This document shows, one piece after another, positions 1 through 12,637 of a stretch of DNA of 64,000 nucleotides. Source of the DNA: Pseudovirgaria hyperparasitica (taxonomy: Eukaryota); the NCBI GenBank assembly GCA_010093815.1, contig ML996576.1. One strand, 5' to 3'. The translations under genes and the position numbers were made by a program. Positions within the stretch are counted from its first letter, which is position 1; every line of letters starts with the position of its first letter. Under the pieces are notes generated by a model, which saw only the letters and a program-made list of their open reading frames with translations, was not told the DNA's origin and did not search any database.

Positions 1-47
1 TATTCGCGCATCCAAACAGCAAACAGCGCAAGTGCGCCCAGCACATC

Positions 48-1830
48 ATGGCCACAACGACCCTAACTGAGACTCGGACAAAGGCTCGAGGGCCGAAGCC
101 AAAGAGCAATGTGAAATTGGCACCCGAGAACGAGCGTTACATGAGGGCATGCGCCGACATTGCCAGTGCCTTGATAGACGATTATGAGGCTCAGGCTGAC
201 GGGTCAAAGCCTAAGAAGGACCTCAATCTTAATGCACTTCGAGGGCAAATTGCAAAGAAGCATTTCCTGAAGAGTCAACCCCCACTAACTGCTATCATCG
301 CTGCCGTACCAGAGCACTATAAGAAATACATATTGCCAAAGCTAATAGCAAAGCCGATACGTATGCTACCACTGTTCTCTACTTGAGTTTGTACTGACTA
401 CCTGCACAGGGACATCATCAGGGATAGCAGTTGTAGCTGTGATGTGCAAACCCCACCGGTGTCCTCACATATCTTATACTGGCAATATATGCGTGTATTG
501 CCCCGGAGGTCCAGATTCAGATTTCGAGTATTCTACGCAGTCATACACAGGCTACGAACCGACGTCAATGCGAGCGATTCGTGCCCGTTATGACCCTTAT
601 GAACAAGCGAGAGGAAGAGTCGACCAAATAAAGTCCCTAGGCCATAGTGTAGACAAGGTGGAGTACATTATCATGGGTGGCACCTTCATGTCATTGCCAG
701 AAAGCTACCGAGATGAATTTATATCGCAGCTCCACAACGCCCTCAGTGGATATCAAACGAATAACGTAGACGAGGCCGTCGCCGCTGGCGAGATGAGTAA
801 TATCAAATGCGTAGGCATAACCATAGAAACTCGCCCAGACTACTGCCTGGACCAACATCTCTCAGCTATGCTCCGCTATGGTTGCACACGTCTCGAGATT
901 GGCGTGCAATCTCTCTACGAAGACGTCGCTCGAGATACAAATCGCGGCCACACCGTTGCCGCCGTTGCCGAAACATTCCGGCTGGCCAAAGATGCTGGCT
1001 TCAAAGTCGTCTCACACATGATGCCCGACCTACCCAACGTGGGCATGGAGCGCGACCTCGACCAGTTCCGCGAGTACTTTGAGAACCCAGCATTTCGCAC
1101 CGACGGCCTCAAAATCTACCCCACTCTCGTCATCCGCGGCACAGGGCTATACGAGCTATGGCGCACAGGGCGATACAAAAACTACACCCCAAACGCCCTC
1201 ATAGATCTCGTCGCGCGGATCCTAGCCCTCGTCCCGCCATGGACACGCATCTACCGCGTTCAGCGCGACATCCCCATGCCACTCGTGACCGCAGGCGTCG
1301 AGAACGGCAACCTACGCGAGCTCGCACTCGCACGCATGAAGGACTTTGGAACAACCTGTCGTGACGTGCGTACCCGCGAAGTCGGCATCAACGAAGTCAA
1401 GAACAAGATCCGACCCGCCCAGGTCGAACTTGTGCGTCGCGACTACTATGCGAACGGGGGCTGGGAGACCTTCCTAGCGTACGAGGACCCGAAGCAGGAT
1501 ATTCTTATTGCCCTGCTACGACTGCGCAAATGCAGCACGACGCATACCTTCCGGCCGGAGCTGACTGGCCAGCCGACGAGCTTGGTGCGTGAGCTGCATG
1601 TGTACGGGAGTGCTGTGCCGGTGCATGCGCGTGATCCGAAGAAGTTCCAGCACCAGGGGTATGGGACCTTGTTGATGGAGGAGGCGGAGAGGATTGCGCG
1701 GGATGAACATTGGAGTGAGAAGATTTCTGTCATTTCAGGCGTTGGGGTCAGGTCGTATTATGCTCGGCTCGGGTACTGGCTGGACGGACCATATATGTCC
1801 AAGATGATCGTTCAAGAAGACGACCCGTGA
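48..1830 (+). CDS. ELP3: Elongator complex catalytic subunit (radical SAM + GNAT acetyltransferase), 2 exons; intron 361-409
   Basis: Splicing gtatgc...ctgac...cag joins [35 protein letters not shown] radical-SAM region; C-terminal RELHVYG and [15 protein letters not shown] motifs. Confidence 0.97.
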
Positions 1831-2245
1831 AGTATATGCGGGGATTTCTCTGGCTCTATCGAAAAGGAAGTGGACAGGCGTTCTGCATTGCTGGCGTAGA
1901 TTTTGATAGTTGGACATTCAGAGCAAGGTGCAACAATCTGCATTCAGATGAGACACGAGAACATTCGAACAGTTCATATGGGAGAAAAGTTTATCTGGCG
2001 CAGTGCATCATACACTGCCTGCGCACCTCCATCATTCTTTCGCTACATTGCTGGCCTGCAGCTATAGCAATGCTACAAAGGTGCCTCGTATCTAGAATGA
2101 GGTTCATCCTTGACTCCTATTACGCCTCATATCGAATAACGCCCCATAAGCTAAATGACACCCTTACCACAAAAGATGAGACTTGAGCGTGACAGAATCA
2201 CAGACATAAAATACCACGGACAAAAATGAAGTAGTCTATATGCTA

Positions 2246-3774
2246 CTAGTAGTGTGAGACTTCGTGCTGATTCAAAGCGCTCCTTTTAGGGGGTGGAGGA
2301 GGTGGTGGAGGCTTCTTCCCACTAGCACCTACTCGTGGAGCAGGCGGAGGCGGAGGCGCTCGTTTGTAACCAGTAGCTCCAGTCTCTCCTGTAGCCCAGC
2401 TGGTGCTTCTCTGGCTACCATATGAAGTGGCAGGTGAGGGTGAACGATCTCGGAAGGGGCTACTACTTCCATTCACAGAACCATCTGAAGGGTAGTTACC
2501 ATTGTCGGTGTCAACTCTGGGTCTATGAACAGGGCGTAGCTGTGTGCGACTCGCAAGGATTGACGTTGGATCTGTCGGTACTTTTGACAAGCGAGGCATG
2601 GGTGCTGGAGATTCCTCTCGTGGGGTACTTGATGGACCCTCGAACGTAGTCGATCTCTGATAGTTTGGTCGCCCGATATAGCGATCAGGGCTCTGTGTTT
2701 CGTAGTTTGTGGATTGACTTCGTGTGGTACTTCTTGGTATAGTGATCCTGGGCGGCGCGGGCAGAGGCTCCTCCTCAATGCCATTGAAGCGACTGTCGTA
2801 ATCATGTGCTGTATTAGACCGTGACCGTGGTCCTCTTCGCGATTCACCAGATGTGCCGACTGTAGATCTGTTTCCTGTTAGTCACAATCGTCTGCACAGC
2901 ATCTTGGTTATAAATCTTACACAACAGGCCATTCTCTTTTGACTTGTAGAAGGACCTCACGGCAACGATCGTAGTAGGACAACTCTGCTTCCAAGAACGT
3001 CGTCAGATCTTGCACACTGTCCGCCTCAGCTTCTTTTATATCTTGCATTCGCCTCAGAACCTCATCACTGGACTCTTCGTATTTCGCCTTCTGAGATCTG
3101 AGCTCTTCTTCGGTACGATAGTCCTCCTTCTTGGCTTTCTGCATCTTGGCAAGTGAAGTATCGTATGCTAGTCGTCGAGCCTCAAGCTTCTTGCGAGCCG
3201 CCTTGGAAACTTATCAGACCGTCGCTCATACAAACTCCATGTAGACTCACTCACCTGGTACTCTTTCATTTGTGCAAGAGACCTCTCTGCTGACTCCAAC
3301 CATGTACTCGTGGCCTCCGAGACGTAATTTTCCTGGACGCGAGCAATGCGCTCATTGGCTCTTCCCAGAGCTGTCTGTGTTTCAGTACAATGTTGATAAT
3401 ATGTTGATATTATGCACTCACTCTTCAAACAGTTGCCAAATTCCGAGTCTGGTTCGAAGTCGTCACTGTGGCTAACCATTATGGAGCCAAAGGCACCTAC
3501 AGGCATGGCCTTTTCCTTGTCATCAAGCTCACTGCGCTTATTCAGGTATTTGACGTAGGCATTGACGGATTTGTGCATCTTGTCCATCCCTTTTAAGAGA
3601 TTAGCATCCTGCAGGGGCACTCCTGTAGCCGCGACGGAGTGACAAACCGTCATGTCTCAACTGCATTTCTTGTTCCAGATCCTTAAACTCATCTGAGGTG
3701 TTGGTCTTCACTTCCCCTCCCATCCGCTCTCCAGCCCATTGCTTGAAGCGATCGAGTTTCTTGTTGACATTCAT
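2246..3774 (-). CDS. N-BAR domain protein with Pro-rich C-terminal tail (multi-exon)
   Basis: ATG at 3774 gives MNVNKKLDRFKQWAGERMGGEVKT; later exons give DDFEPDSEFGNCL, EEELRSQKAKYEESS and LTTFLEAELSYY (BAR helices); tail KKPPPPPPPPKRS. Confidence 0.85.
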
Positions 3775-4855
3775 ATTTGCAAAGAGTAATGGTGGGTGCT
3801 AGAGAAAAAAAGGGACGATATGATCGGAGTGGATAGGGAAGTCGTGTGGTCTTAAGGGCACCAAATTGCTACGAGGCCGGTGGCGTAATGGTTTCAACAG
3901 TGAACCGGTATTGCTTTGGAGTTGGGGCGGGGTGAGGTTTGAGGGGTCTCCGGGTATTAATTGGCAGAGGCCTTCAAAGAACGAGCGAGCGAGTGACAAA
4001 GAAATAAGTTGTTAAACGACAGATAGACAAAGACAGACAACGGGTTGCAGTGTGAAGGGAGGAAGTGAGTAAAATATTTTTCAGAATCAACGGCCAGACC
4101 TCTTGTAACTAGTGTATTATTCACAGTTTCGAAATAGCTCTATCGGACGTGCCAAGCAAAAAGCGGATCAGATAATTAGTCGCTGGGAGGGAAGGAACAG
4201 GTAGGCTGAGCTAGCCATAAAGACCGCAGGGCGTACCAAGCCACCGGGGCCTGAGGTGCTGCAGGGCGGCAACCCACGCCTGCCGAATCAATCGCGCGCC
4301 CGGTCAGGCCTTCAACGGTCTACCAGCCCAGGGCAGGTCGGGCGGACCGATGGATTATCTCGCCTTGGACGACTGACGACCTGCTGGCCCTGTTGAGGTT
4401 ACTACAATATGCGCGCGTCTTCGTCTGTCCAACCATTGATGCTGAGCATGATGTACACATTGATTAGCTCTAATAATAGCTTGGGCACCTCCGAGACGAC
4501 GGCTGCGGAGGATCCCCGACAAGTCTTGGTGTGATCCTGCAGCAGTTTACCACTCAGTGCTCACTGCAATGCCAAGCACCAGATGTTCGTTCCGTACATA
4601 GGTGTCATTCATACTTTCTGCTTAATATTGTCTGGCCTACATGTGGACCTCTGTCGTCATGAGACGGGAACGAGACTCCATGTACTGATATGACATGGCG
4701 GGGACAATCTCACGTCGGGCATCATGGTCCGGTTGGAATGCTCATAATACCATGCATTTATTTTGTCAGGTAGAAGAAACAGCGCTGCCTGGGGTTCCCA
4801 AATTTTGCAGCAACTAAGAACACCATAAGCCATGCACCCAGCACCCTTAATTCCC

Positions 4856-5932
4856 TTAATCCTTCGTCTTCTGGGTACCACGGAGCAGACCAGTTCTCCG
4901 CGCGGCAATGAGACCAGCTTTTTGACCTTGGGCAGCGAATCGAGAGATGGTAGACGCTTTACCAATATGCTGGTGGTTACCACCACCGTGAGGCTGCACG
5001 AATACATGTTAGTATCTTCAACTTGAGTCCAATGTGTGATCCTTACATGGTCGACGGGATTCATGGCAACACCACGTGTCTTGGGCCATGAGTTGCGTTT
5101 GACAGCGAACTTATGCTTGGCACGCGAGGCCTCTGTAATTATTGCGTTAGCCAATGCCCATCCTGACGGTCCGGACTGAACATACTGAGCATCGGCTTAT
5201 CTGTTCGGCCACCTCCAGCAACGATACCGACCATGCCACGAACACTGCTCTTGACGACCTTCTTAGCACCACTGGGAAGCTTGATTCTGGTCTTGCCCTC
5301 GTCAGGGTTGTGTCCAATCACGGTGACGTAGTTTCCGGATGTACGGCCAAGCGCACCACGGTCTCCCACCTTCTCTTCAACGTTTGTAACGACGGTACCT
5401 TCGGGGACAGAGCCTAGCGGTAGAACGTTGCCGACAGTCAAACTGGCATTCTTTCCAGCGTAGATGAATTGTCCAGTGTACATTCCCTCGTTAGCGATGA
5501 AGGTCTCGGTGCGGAGCTTGTAACGGTACGGGTCTCGGAAGGTGACTTGTGCGAGAGGAGCTCCACGACCGGGATCATGTATGATATCCTTAACGATACC
5601 ACGGACATATCCATGACGCTCAGAGTAGTCGAGGACGCGGAACTTCGCTGGGGCCTTGTTTAGGCGTTGATGGGCTGTGAAGATCGAGCCGCGACTACGA
5701 TCATGTCAGTTATACCGCCAATAACTGCATCTCTTTAAACTGACCCTTTCCTCTGATTTCTAATAACGCGACCCTGTGACACGTTAGCAATTGTGCCTCG
5801 ATAACTTTCGTAGATGAGTGGAATCAAGCGCCCAGCTCCAATCGCATCCTCGACCGGCTATGAAAATATGTCGACCCGAGGAGAATAGATACTGTCGACC
5901 TGACCCAGTGTATCCTGTGCTGAACGTACCAT
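4856..5932 (-). CDS. RPL2: 60S ribosomal protein L2 (uL2); first coding exon is only the ATG; 5 exons
   Basis: ATG|gtacgt...cag|[56 protein letters not shown]; ends KTKD*. Confidence 0.97.
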
Positions 5933-7264
5933 CTTTGCTGTCGCTTTGTCGTCGGATTCGTGATGCGAGGAATAGACCTTGGTGGTAGTTGTGGGTGAGT
6001 GCAAATTCGCTTATCGGCTGCTTCTCGGTAATTCGAGGCCAACAAGAGCGAACCCCCCGGACCCACTTACATCTGCATTATCACTATATACCTCATCACC
6101 ATTCGCATCGTCAATAAAATAGACTTCCTACTGAAAGATTAATTTCGGGAGCCTTTTAGCCACCGCTGACTGTAGTGCTCTTGCATAAGAGCCTCAGCCG
6201 CCTTCTAGATGCCAGGCTATGTGCGAGAACTTACCAAGGTTTAACAATCCAGGATGCCTTCGTCAATATGTAGCTGCATAGTAATGCTCTCGTTTTAGGG
6301 CTCTTGTTCCGTCTCATGGCAGCTAATCGTTCGTAAAGCATCTGTAATACGATACAAGTGCAGTCGACTGCTTAGACGCGCAATCAGCAGTAGTGGCTGT
6401 AGTGAGAAGAGATTCACACGGTGTCACCTCTACTGATACGATACTGCAAACTATGCCATCACTAAAGGAGCGATGCGAGAGACTTATGATGTTATTCGAA
6501 GGTGGTAGAAAGCCGAGATTCAAGAGCTTGGGAAGAGTATGGACGTAGAAATTGATGCCAACGGGGCTCTTAGCTGCTGTAAATTCCATTACGAGCCGCT
6601 CGTGCTCAATTTTGTATATTTGCGCCTGACTTGCAGTATACACCTGTTCATCCAGCAGACTCTTCAAGATCGATTGGTACGCGACAAAACGACAGAACTC
6701 TTGTCACCTGCATATGAGTAGGGCCCTTACCACACCGGGCGTTCACACAGAGGACACTGCGTGGCCTTCTCCCGAACCGCTGTCTGGTGAGTGCGTCGAT
6801 CTCACCTGTAAGGACTCCAATAGCGGGCACGCTCAACAATACTACACGCGCTGCAGAATATGCGATACTGGCTAGTGCGGAAGTTTGAGCTATTGTACAA
6901 TGCAAATACATCGCATGCTCTATCTGTTTTGAGCAGATATTGAGACAAGTAGTCCCATTTGTGTTTCCATTTGTGTTCTTACCTTTGCGGAAGGAATACT
7001 TGGAATCATGCCGAAGAATGCTTCTAGCGATGAATGCGCTTTGACTATGTAGTGTGCACTTCTTACAGAACAAATAATCAAAAAACCGTTACACGTTCAT
7101 CCAGCTCTCAATCAGTGTGCCATAGCCCGTTCAATCTGGTAATATTTGATCTGCACCAATACCGGGTTCAAGTTGGCCGCCGTCGCTTGACCTAAGCTGG
7201 AGACAACTGCAGCTCACCTCCCTTCATCCACCTCAGCACTTTCTTACCACCCACCACTACGACG

Positions 7265-9615
7265 ATGAGCGACACCGATTCTTCACTTTCGGAGCCACCT
7301 CCTTCTGATGAGGAACTTGAAATTGAAGATATTGTCCAGCCTGCGAAAAAGTTGAAGCTCAAGAAGTCGAAGCGCAAGGTTGACGAGGACGACGATCTCG
7401 ATGCGGAAGATGCTTCTCCAGCAAAGAAGAAGCGCGCAGCTTCGCCGCCACATGAACTCGTTTTCGAAGACAATGCTGATATTGCCGTAAGTCATTGGCG
7501 CGTAAATCGCGTCGCCATCGACGTGATTGCACGCCGGCCTCGCTCCCCAAGCTCGTGTCGCGCTGACCATCTCTATCGCACAGTTCATCGTCATGTTTAG
7601 AGCACGCTTCGCGGACGTTTTCCCTCCGAAAGGCGTGATAAATTTCGGTCCACAAGATCTTGAGAGGGCGGTTACGGATTCCCCGCCTGGTCCGATGGCA
7701 GAGAACCTCCTGTGCTCGCTCCTTTACCTCGTCCTGAACAGACAAAAGCCTCCCGAGTTAGTCGTCCCTAACTGTTCACTTATATACACCTTGTTGCAGC
7801 CAGTGCACAGCTATATCTTATACTGGGAATTCCTACTGACGATCCAAATGCTATAGGAGAGGTCATTATGGGCGCGCCTTGGAAGAGGCTATCTCGGCAA
7901 ACAGAGCCCAATGGCCAAGAGTATGGAATGGGACCAATCCTCTGTTGGGAGCGAATAACTTCATCACTATGAGCCCTATCGAACGTGTGAGATCTATGCC
8001 TCTATTGGTACCACCCTGCTATAGCTGACCATCTCTATATAGCTCATCCTTCTGAAGACATTGATTCACTGGAGTCTTAATGAATCGACAAAGATCAAGG
8101 ACATGATCAAGGAAAGCTACAAGCAGGCCCGTCATGATGACGACAGGAATCAACCACTTTCCGTACAACCATGGGGCCGCGATAGTGATAAGCGTCGTTA
8201 CTGGCTGATCGAAGGCAAGGACGACACAGTCTTTCGATTATATCGTGAAAGTAACCCAGCACTCAAAACGAATGTATGGATAAGCGTTGCAGGTACCCTC
8301 GAAGAACTACGTACCCAGGCGGGCAAGCTGGGGGAGGAGGGCTCTCAGGCTGCTCGCAGGCTAGCGGAAAGTATCAAGAATGGTATCATACGCCTGGAAG
8401 CCACAGAAGAGGTGTGTAGAACAGTAAACTTCTCGCATAGTCACAGGTAAACTGACTCATAACTAGAAACGCAAGCGGCGAGAATATCGTCAATCACGGA
8501 AGGCCCAGTTCACACGGCCAGAGCCTGGATTCTCCCTATACGAAGGTCGCACTCGTGGCAAACGCATGAGGTATACTTTCTCGGATGAAGAAGATGACGC
8601 ATCAGAAGCTGGCTCAGGTGCGCGATCTACGAGATATCGAGGACGGGACTCATCTACCGACCCTTCAAGACCAACTGTGACTGCAAGCGGCCGTCAGGTT
8701 CGAACACGACAGCACGGTGCTTACGGAGAATCTCTCCTCAGTGGTCAAGTTACCGGAGACGTAGGCTCACCTGCCACGGATGGCTCAGACGGGCTTCAAC
8801 GGCCATCACATGGAAGAGCCACCCGCGCGGCTGCTAAACCTGCGGCGAATGGTTGGTCCCGGGGCAGCAGGAACAACAGGAACATTGACACGTATGATTC
8901 AGATGAGATTGACGAAGACGATGGTGCGTCTGTATCTGGGAATGAGTGGGATGATGGCGATGAAAGCGACGACGAGGTCAAAGCTAGAGACGTCTCCGAC
9001 GAAGACGAAGACATGAGCGACGCCGAAGCACCAAGTCTTGTCACAGTATTGAGATATGGGGAGGGGAAGGAGTTCACCGCCAACTCCACGTCTGATACCA
9101 ACGAAGACAAAGAGATGACACAAGTCGCGGCACCGCCTTCAGCGCGTACGCAGGAACCCAAAGCCTCATCTGCTCAGACTGCTCGGCCTGAGTCACGCGT
9201 GCTGAACCGAAATGGACAGCCTGTATCCGAAACCGTATCAACGGCACCCGCCGCACCCACTGCAGGTACAGCGCCAACTCTTGTCGTCCCCGCTACTGCG
9301 CCCATTGTTACCACTGCAGCTCAAGTAGAAGATAGAGTGCCACCCCCGGCGTCTCACGCTTCTCCCCCTCGCATTGCCTACCCGCTGACTAATTATGCTG
9401 GCCCAGCGAACGGGTTCACGGCCACTCCAGCAATCGCATCGCCTCCGGCTCAATATGCGAAGCCTTTGCCTGTTTCTCAATACCAAGCTTCACAGGCGTA
9501 TCCTCTGACCGGCACTCCTGTACACACGTCACCGACACAAAACACCAGTGCTGCACAAAATGGACTTCCCCCCCTGGCAAGCCTCTACCCAAACCAAGCT
9601 GCCTCTCAGGAATAG
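7265..9615 (+). CDS. WHIM1-type, Ioc3-like ISWI-complex subunit (multi-exon; low-complexity C-terminus)
   Basis: Exons give PHELVFEDNADIA|FIVMFRARF, LLYLVLNRQKP, LIHWSL, QPLSVQPWGRDSDKRRYWLIEG and FSLYEGRTRGKRMRYTFSD; family assigned from recalled motifs. Confidence 0.7.
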
Positions 9616-10464
9616 CCTCAGCAATATCGGCCATACCTGTGACTCGAAAGTACAACATTACATCCTCCGCCCAACGTTTAGTGGGCTGGTGCTGGAGTAG
9701 TGTAAGATTCATGGACCATTTGAGCGGTGTTAAATCGGTCGGCTATCTGGGAACGCACTTTGGCTCAAGGTGTATTCAGACTCATAGACCCCCCCTTAAT
9801 CGCGTTCGTCATCCATTTATGACATAGACACGTCAAGCTTACAGAGAAGACTCTTTTCAAGCGGGTCTCGTGTTCTCATTGTACTGACTAGGATCGTTTT
9901 TTGGCAGACGGATTATATGAATCGAAACAATTTGTTTTATTGGATCTGATCTGCAGGCATGACGGAATTTGCTTGCTTACATGTATTTTACATTTGCGCG
10001 AAATATTATAATGTTCATGCCCTTCTGTGTCGCCCCCTATTGATCTCGTTGTGATCTTTTAATAAGGTAATAAACAAAAAGACCAGCTCGCAGCGTCACC
10101 ATGGTACATACCCTCTGCGGCTGCATGTCCGGTGCTGTGGTCTACGACTCTTGTCTCTACCAAAGACATCTAATGGTATCTAATGAAAGCTGATCTTTCT
10201 GTTATGTTGGAATGTGTCCCACACAAATCCAAACCATTCATTTACGTACCGATGCCTCCCAAGGCCAATGGATGTGTGGTCTCGACTGGTGCTGAGTATA
10301 CCCAAGCTCGACGTCCAGCCTACATGTAATACAAGATTAACGGGCATGGAGACGCGCGGCTCTAGGAGAAAGTTAACGAGTTATCACGCTTTTCATGTTG
10401 ATTTGTTTCTTTCACTATCTGCATACAAGTTTCCTAGTCAAATATGCTTATGCAGATGTCCATG

Positions 10465-12044
10465 CTAGATTCCGCTTGGCATAGGCCCGGGCATCGCCCA
10501 TTCCGCAGCATCCCTTGAGCTCGTCACATTCACGCTCGGTCCAGGCCTAGATCTATACCTCAGATCAGAACTCCTGTCTCTAGTCCTCTCATGACCACTC
10601 CCCGCGGCCCGCGGCCGAATGCCAGCGCGTTCCTCTGCCTCTCTCAATCTCTGGCCTTCGGCCTCCATCCTCTCCGCGAAACCGGTCTGTGCACCGCTTT
10701 CTGCTGTGCCTCTCCTTCGCAGTGCAGCGCTGCTTCGTCTACGTCCCCTCGTTCTTGGTGTGCCCTTTCCGAGTGGGGTTCCCAACTCGTCCAGGTCGTC
10801 CTCGACTGCCAATTCGTCGTCGTCGGCGCCACCACGCGTATTCTTCTTGCGGGGCCATAGATTGGGGAGGATGATCTGCTGGAAGCGCGGCTCGACGACG
10901 CGCTCGTCAAACCAGGCATGGATACGTGATTCGACGAGCTGTGCTATTTTGGGCACGTCTTGGAGGCGCGAACGTGAGCCGACGAGGGAGCGGACGGAGA
11001 GATCGAGGCGGTAATCGTCGAGAAAAGTGAATGCGAGAGTGGTGGGCGGACGGGCTGAATTGGGGTCAGACTGTGTTTGGTATGGGGTTTGTGAGGTGGG
11101 TTTGTGGGGTGGATGGGCAGAATTTGTGGGTGTGTAGGGCAGATCAGACTCAGGTGCGGGCGAGGAAGGTATGAATGAGAGTGCGAGCTAGGGCATGTAA
11201 GCAGATTATGTGTGAAGAGGCTTAAAGCAAGACGTACAGTTCCACTGAATCTTACAACGCTTACGGCGAGCGCAACAGGAAGCACTGCGACCAGTGGCTT
11301 CGGATAATTCAGTCTGAGCGTGGTCTCTACACCTAAAGTGATGACATCGCTGAGGTCCACATCCATACGTGCCTGGAGTCTTCCCCCTTCTCCTCCAGCA
11401 CCGTCAAGTGAGCTTCCAAGCCCGCCTTCTTCCACGGGTATGACCCTGCAGTTACTGAAGATCGGAAACTCATCTCCCAGGGCAATCTCCGTGATCTTGA
11501 TGTCTCCTACAAAATCTGGTTTGCCAGGCCCATTCATGACCTTTGTGAGTGATGTGACGACAGCATCATCCTGTCGGGCATCAGCTCGCAGTTGTGCAAG
11601 TGTCTGCGCAATCAGGACGTTGAACCAGTCCAGGCTTTCTGGCTGGTGGCCATGAACATTATAGTATGTTTTCGCAAGGATTGAGGCGGCAGTTAGAGGC
11701 GCAGGAGGATTCCTCAGTACAGACGAGGCTTTCCGTCGGAGGGACACTGAGGCGGTGCGTTGATGTGCAAGTGTACGTTGTCGGCGGAGGGAGGAGAGAT
11801 GGAATGCCCGTTCATCGGCGGGGGGAAGCTCGCCGAAGATGAAGAACTTTATAAAGAATATTATGAGAGCGACTATCGAAAGCTGGCCGACGAGAAAGCC
11901 CTGGGTAAAGGAAAGGCTAGAAGTTTCTAAGTTATATTCATCTCCTACATATTGACGGGTATGAAAAGCACACGCGGTTGGGGATGGGTACCTCGACGCC
12001 TGAGTTTGGGGTGGCTCTAAAATACAGTCAGTCAATGCTTCCAT
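10465..12044 (-). CDS. MMM1: ERMES subunit Mmm1 (TM segment + SMP domain); intron 11188-11237
   Basis: [15 protein letters not shown] segment, [44 protein letters not shown]...QIILPNLWP. Confidence 0.95.
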
Positions 12045-12637
12045 GGTCTAGGCTATCAGAATTGATTTACCCACTGAGCCTGCCATGAGGGTTGTTATTG
12101 GTCGTCCATTGTTCTGCACCAGCGGAAGTGGGCATGTGTTGCTGAGGTCTTCGGTATTCTCTAGTACCGGCAGTAAGCTGTGATGCCTGCAGCCGCCTAG
12201 CTCACCGCCCTCATGCTTGGCGTAAACCTGCGGCTCGGCATTATAGCATAAGAATCGTTTGCAGGTAATAGTGGTTTCATGTCTGATATAAGGTGAAGAG
12301 ATCAATGTAACGCGATCTAGATACGCCATAGAGAATTCTATTTACTTTTGATTGTGGAAACCGCACTATGTAAGACAACAAACATGGGAAGAAGCTTGCG
12401 AAATAATATACAAATCAATGTTCGCGCTCCCTGTCAGCGCGGCCTGAAAATATAAATCCTTTGGAACGTGATGTAGTCTCTAGAAGCCTAGGCGTTCCTG
12501 ATCGCACAACTTCTTGTTCGCGATGACTCAGACGAAACCGTAAAATAAACCCAAGCACCGTCCCAATGCAGCCAAATCCATGCCCGCAATACACACTTTA
12601 CGTTGCCGTGTATAGTTATACAAGAACTTCCAATTGC

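Noticed and set aside
6100..7100. ORFs 6323-6667 and 6648-7073 between RPL2 and the Ioc3-like gene
   Set aside because: No recognisable motifs and non-ATG starts; probably divergent promoter or non-coding sequence
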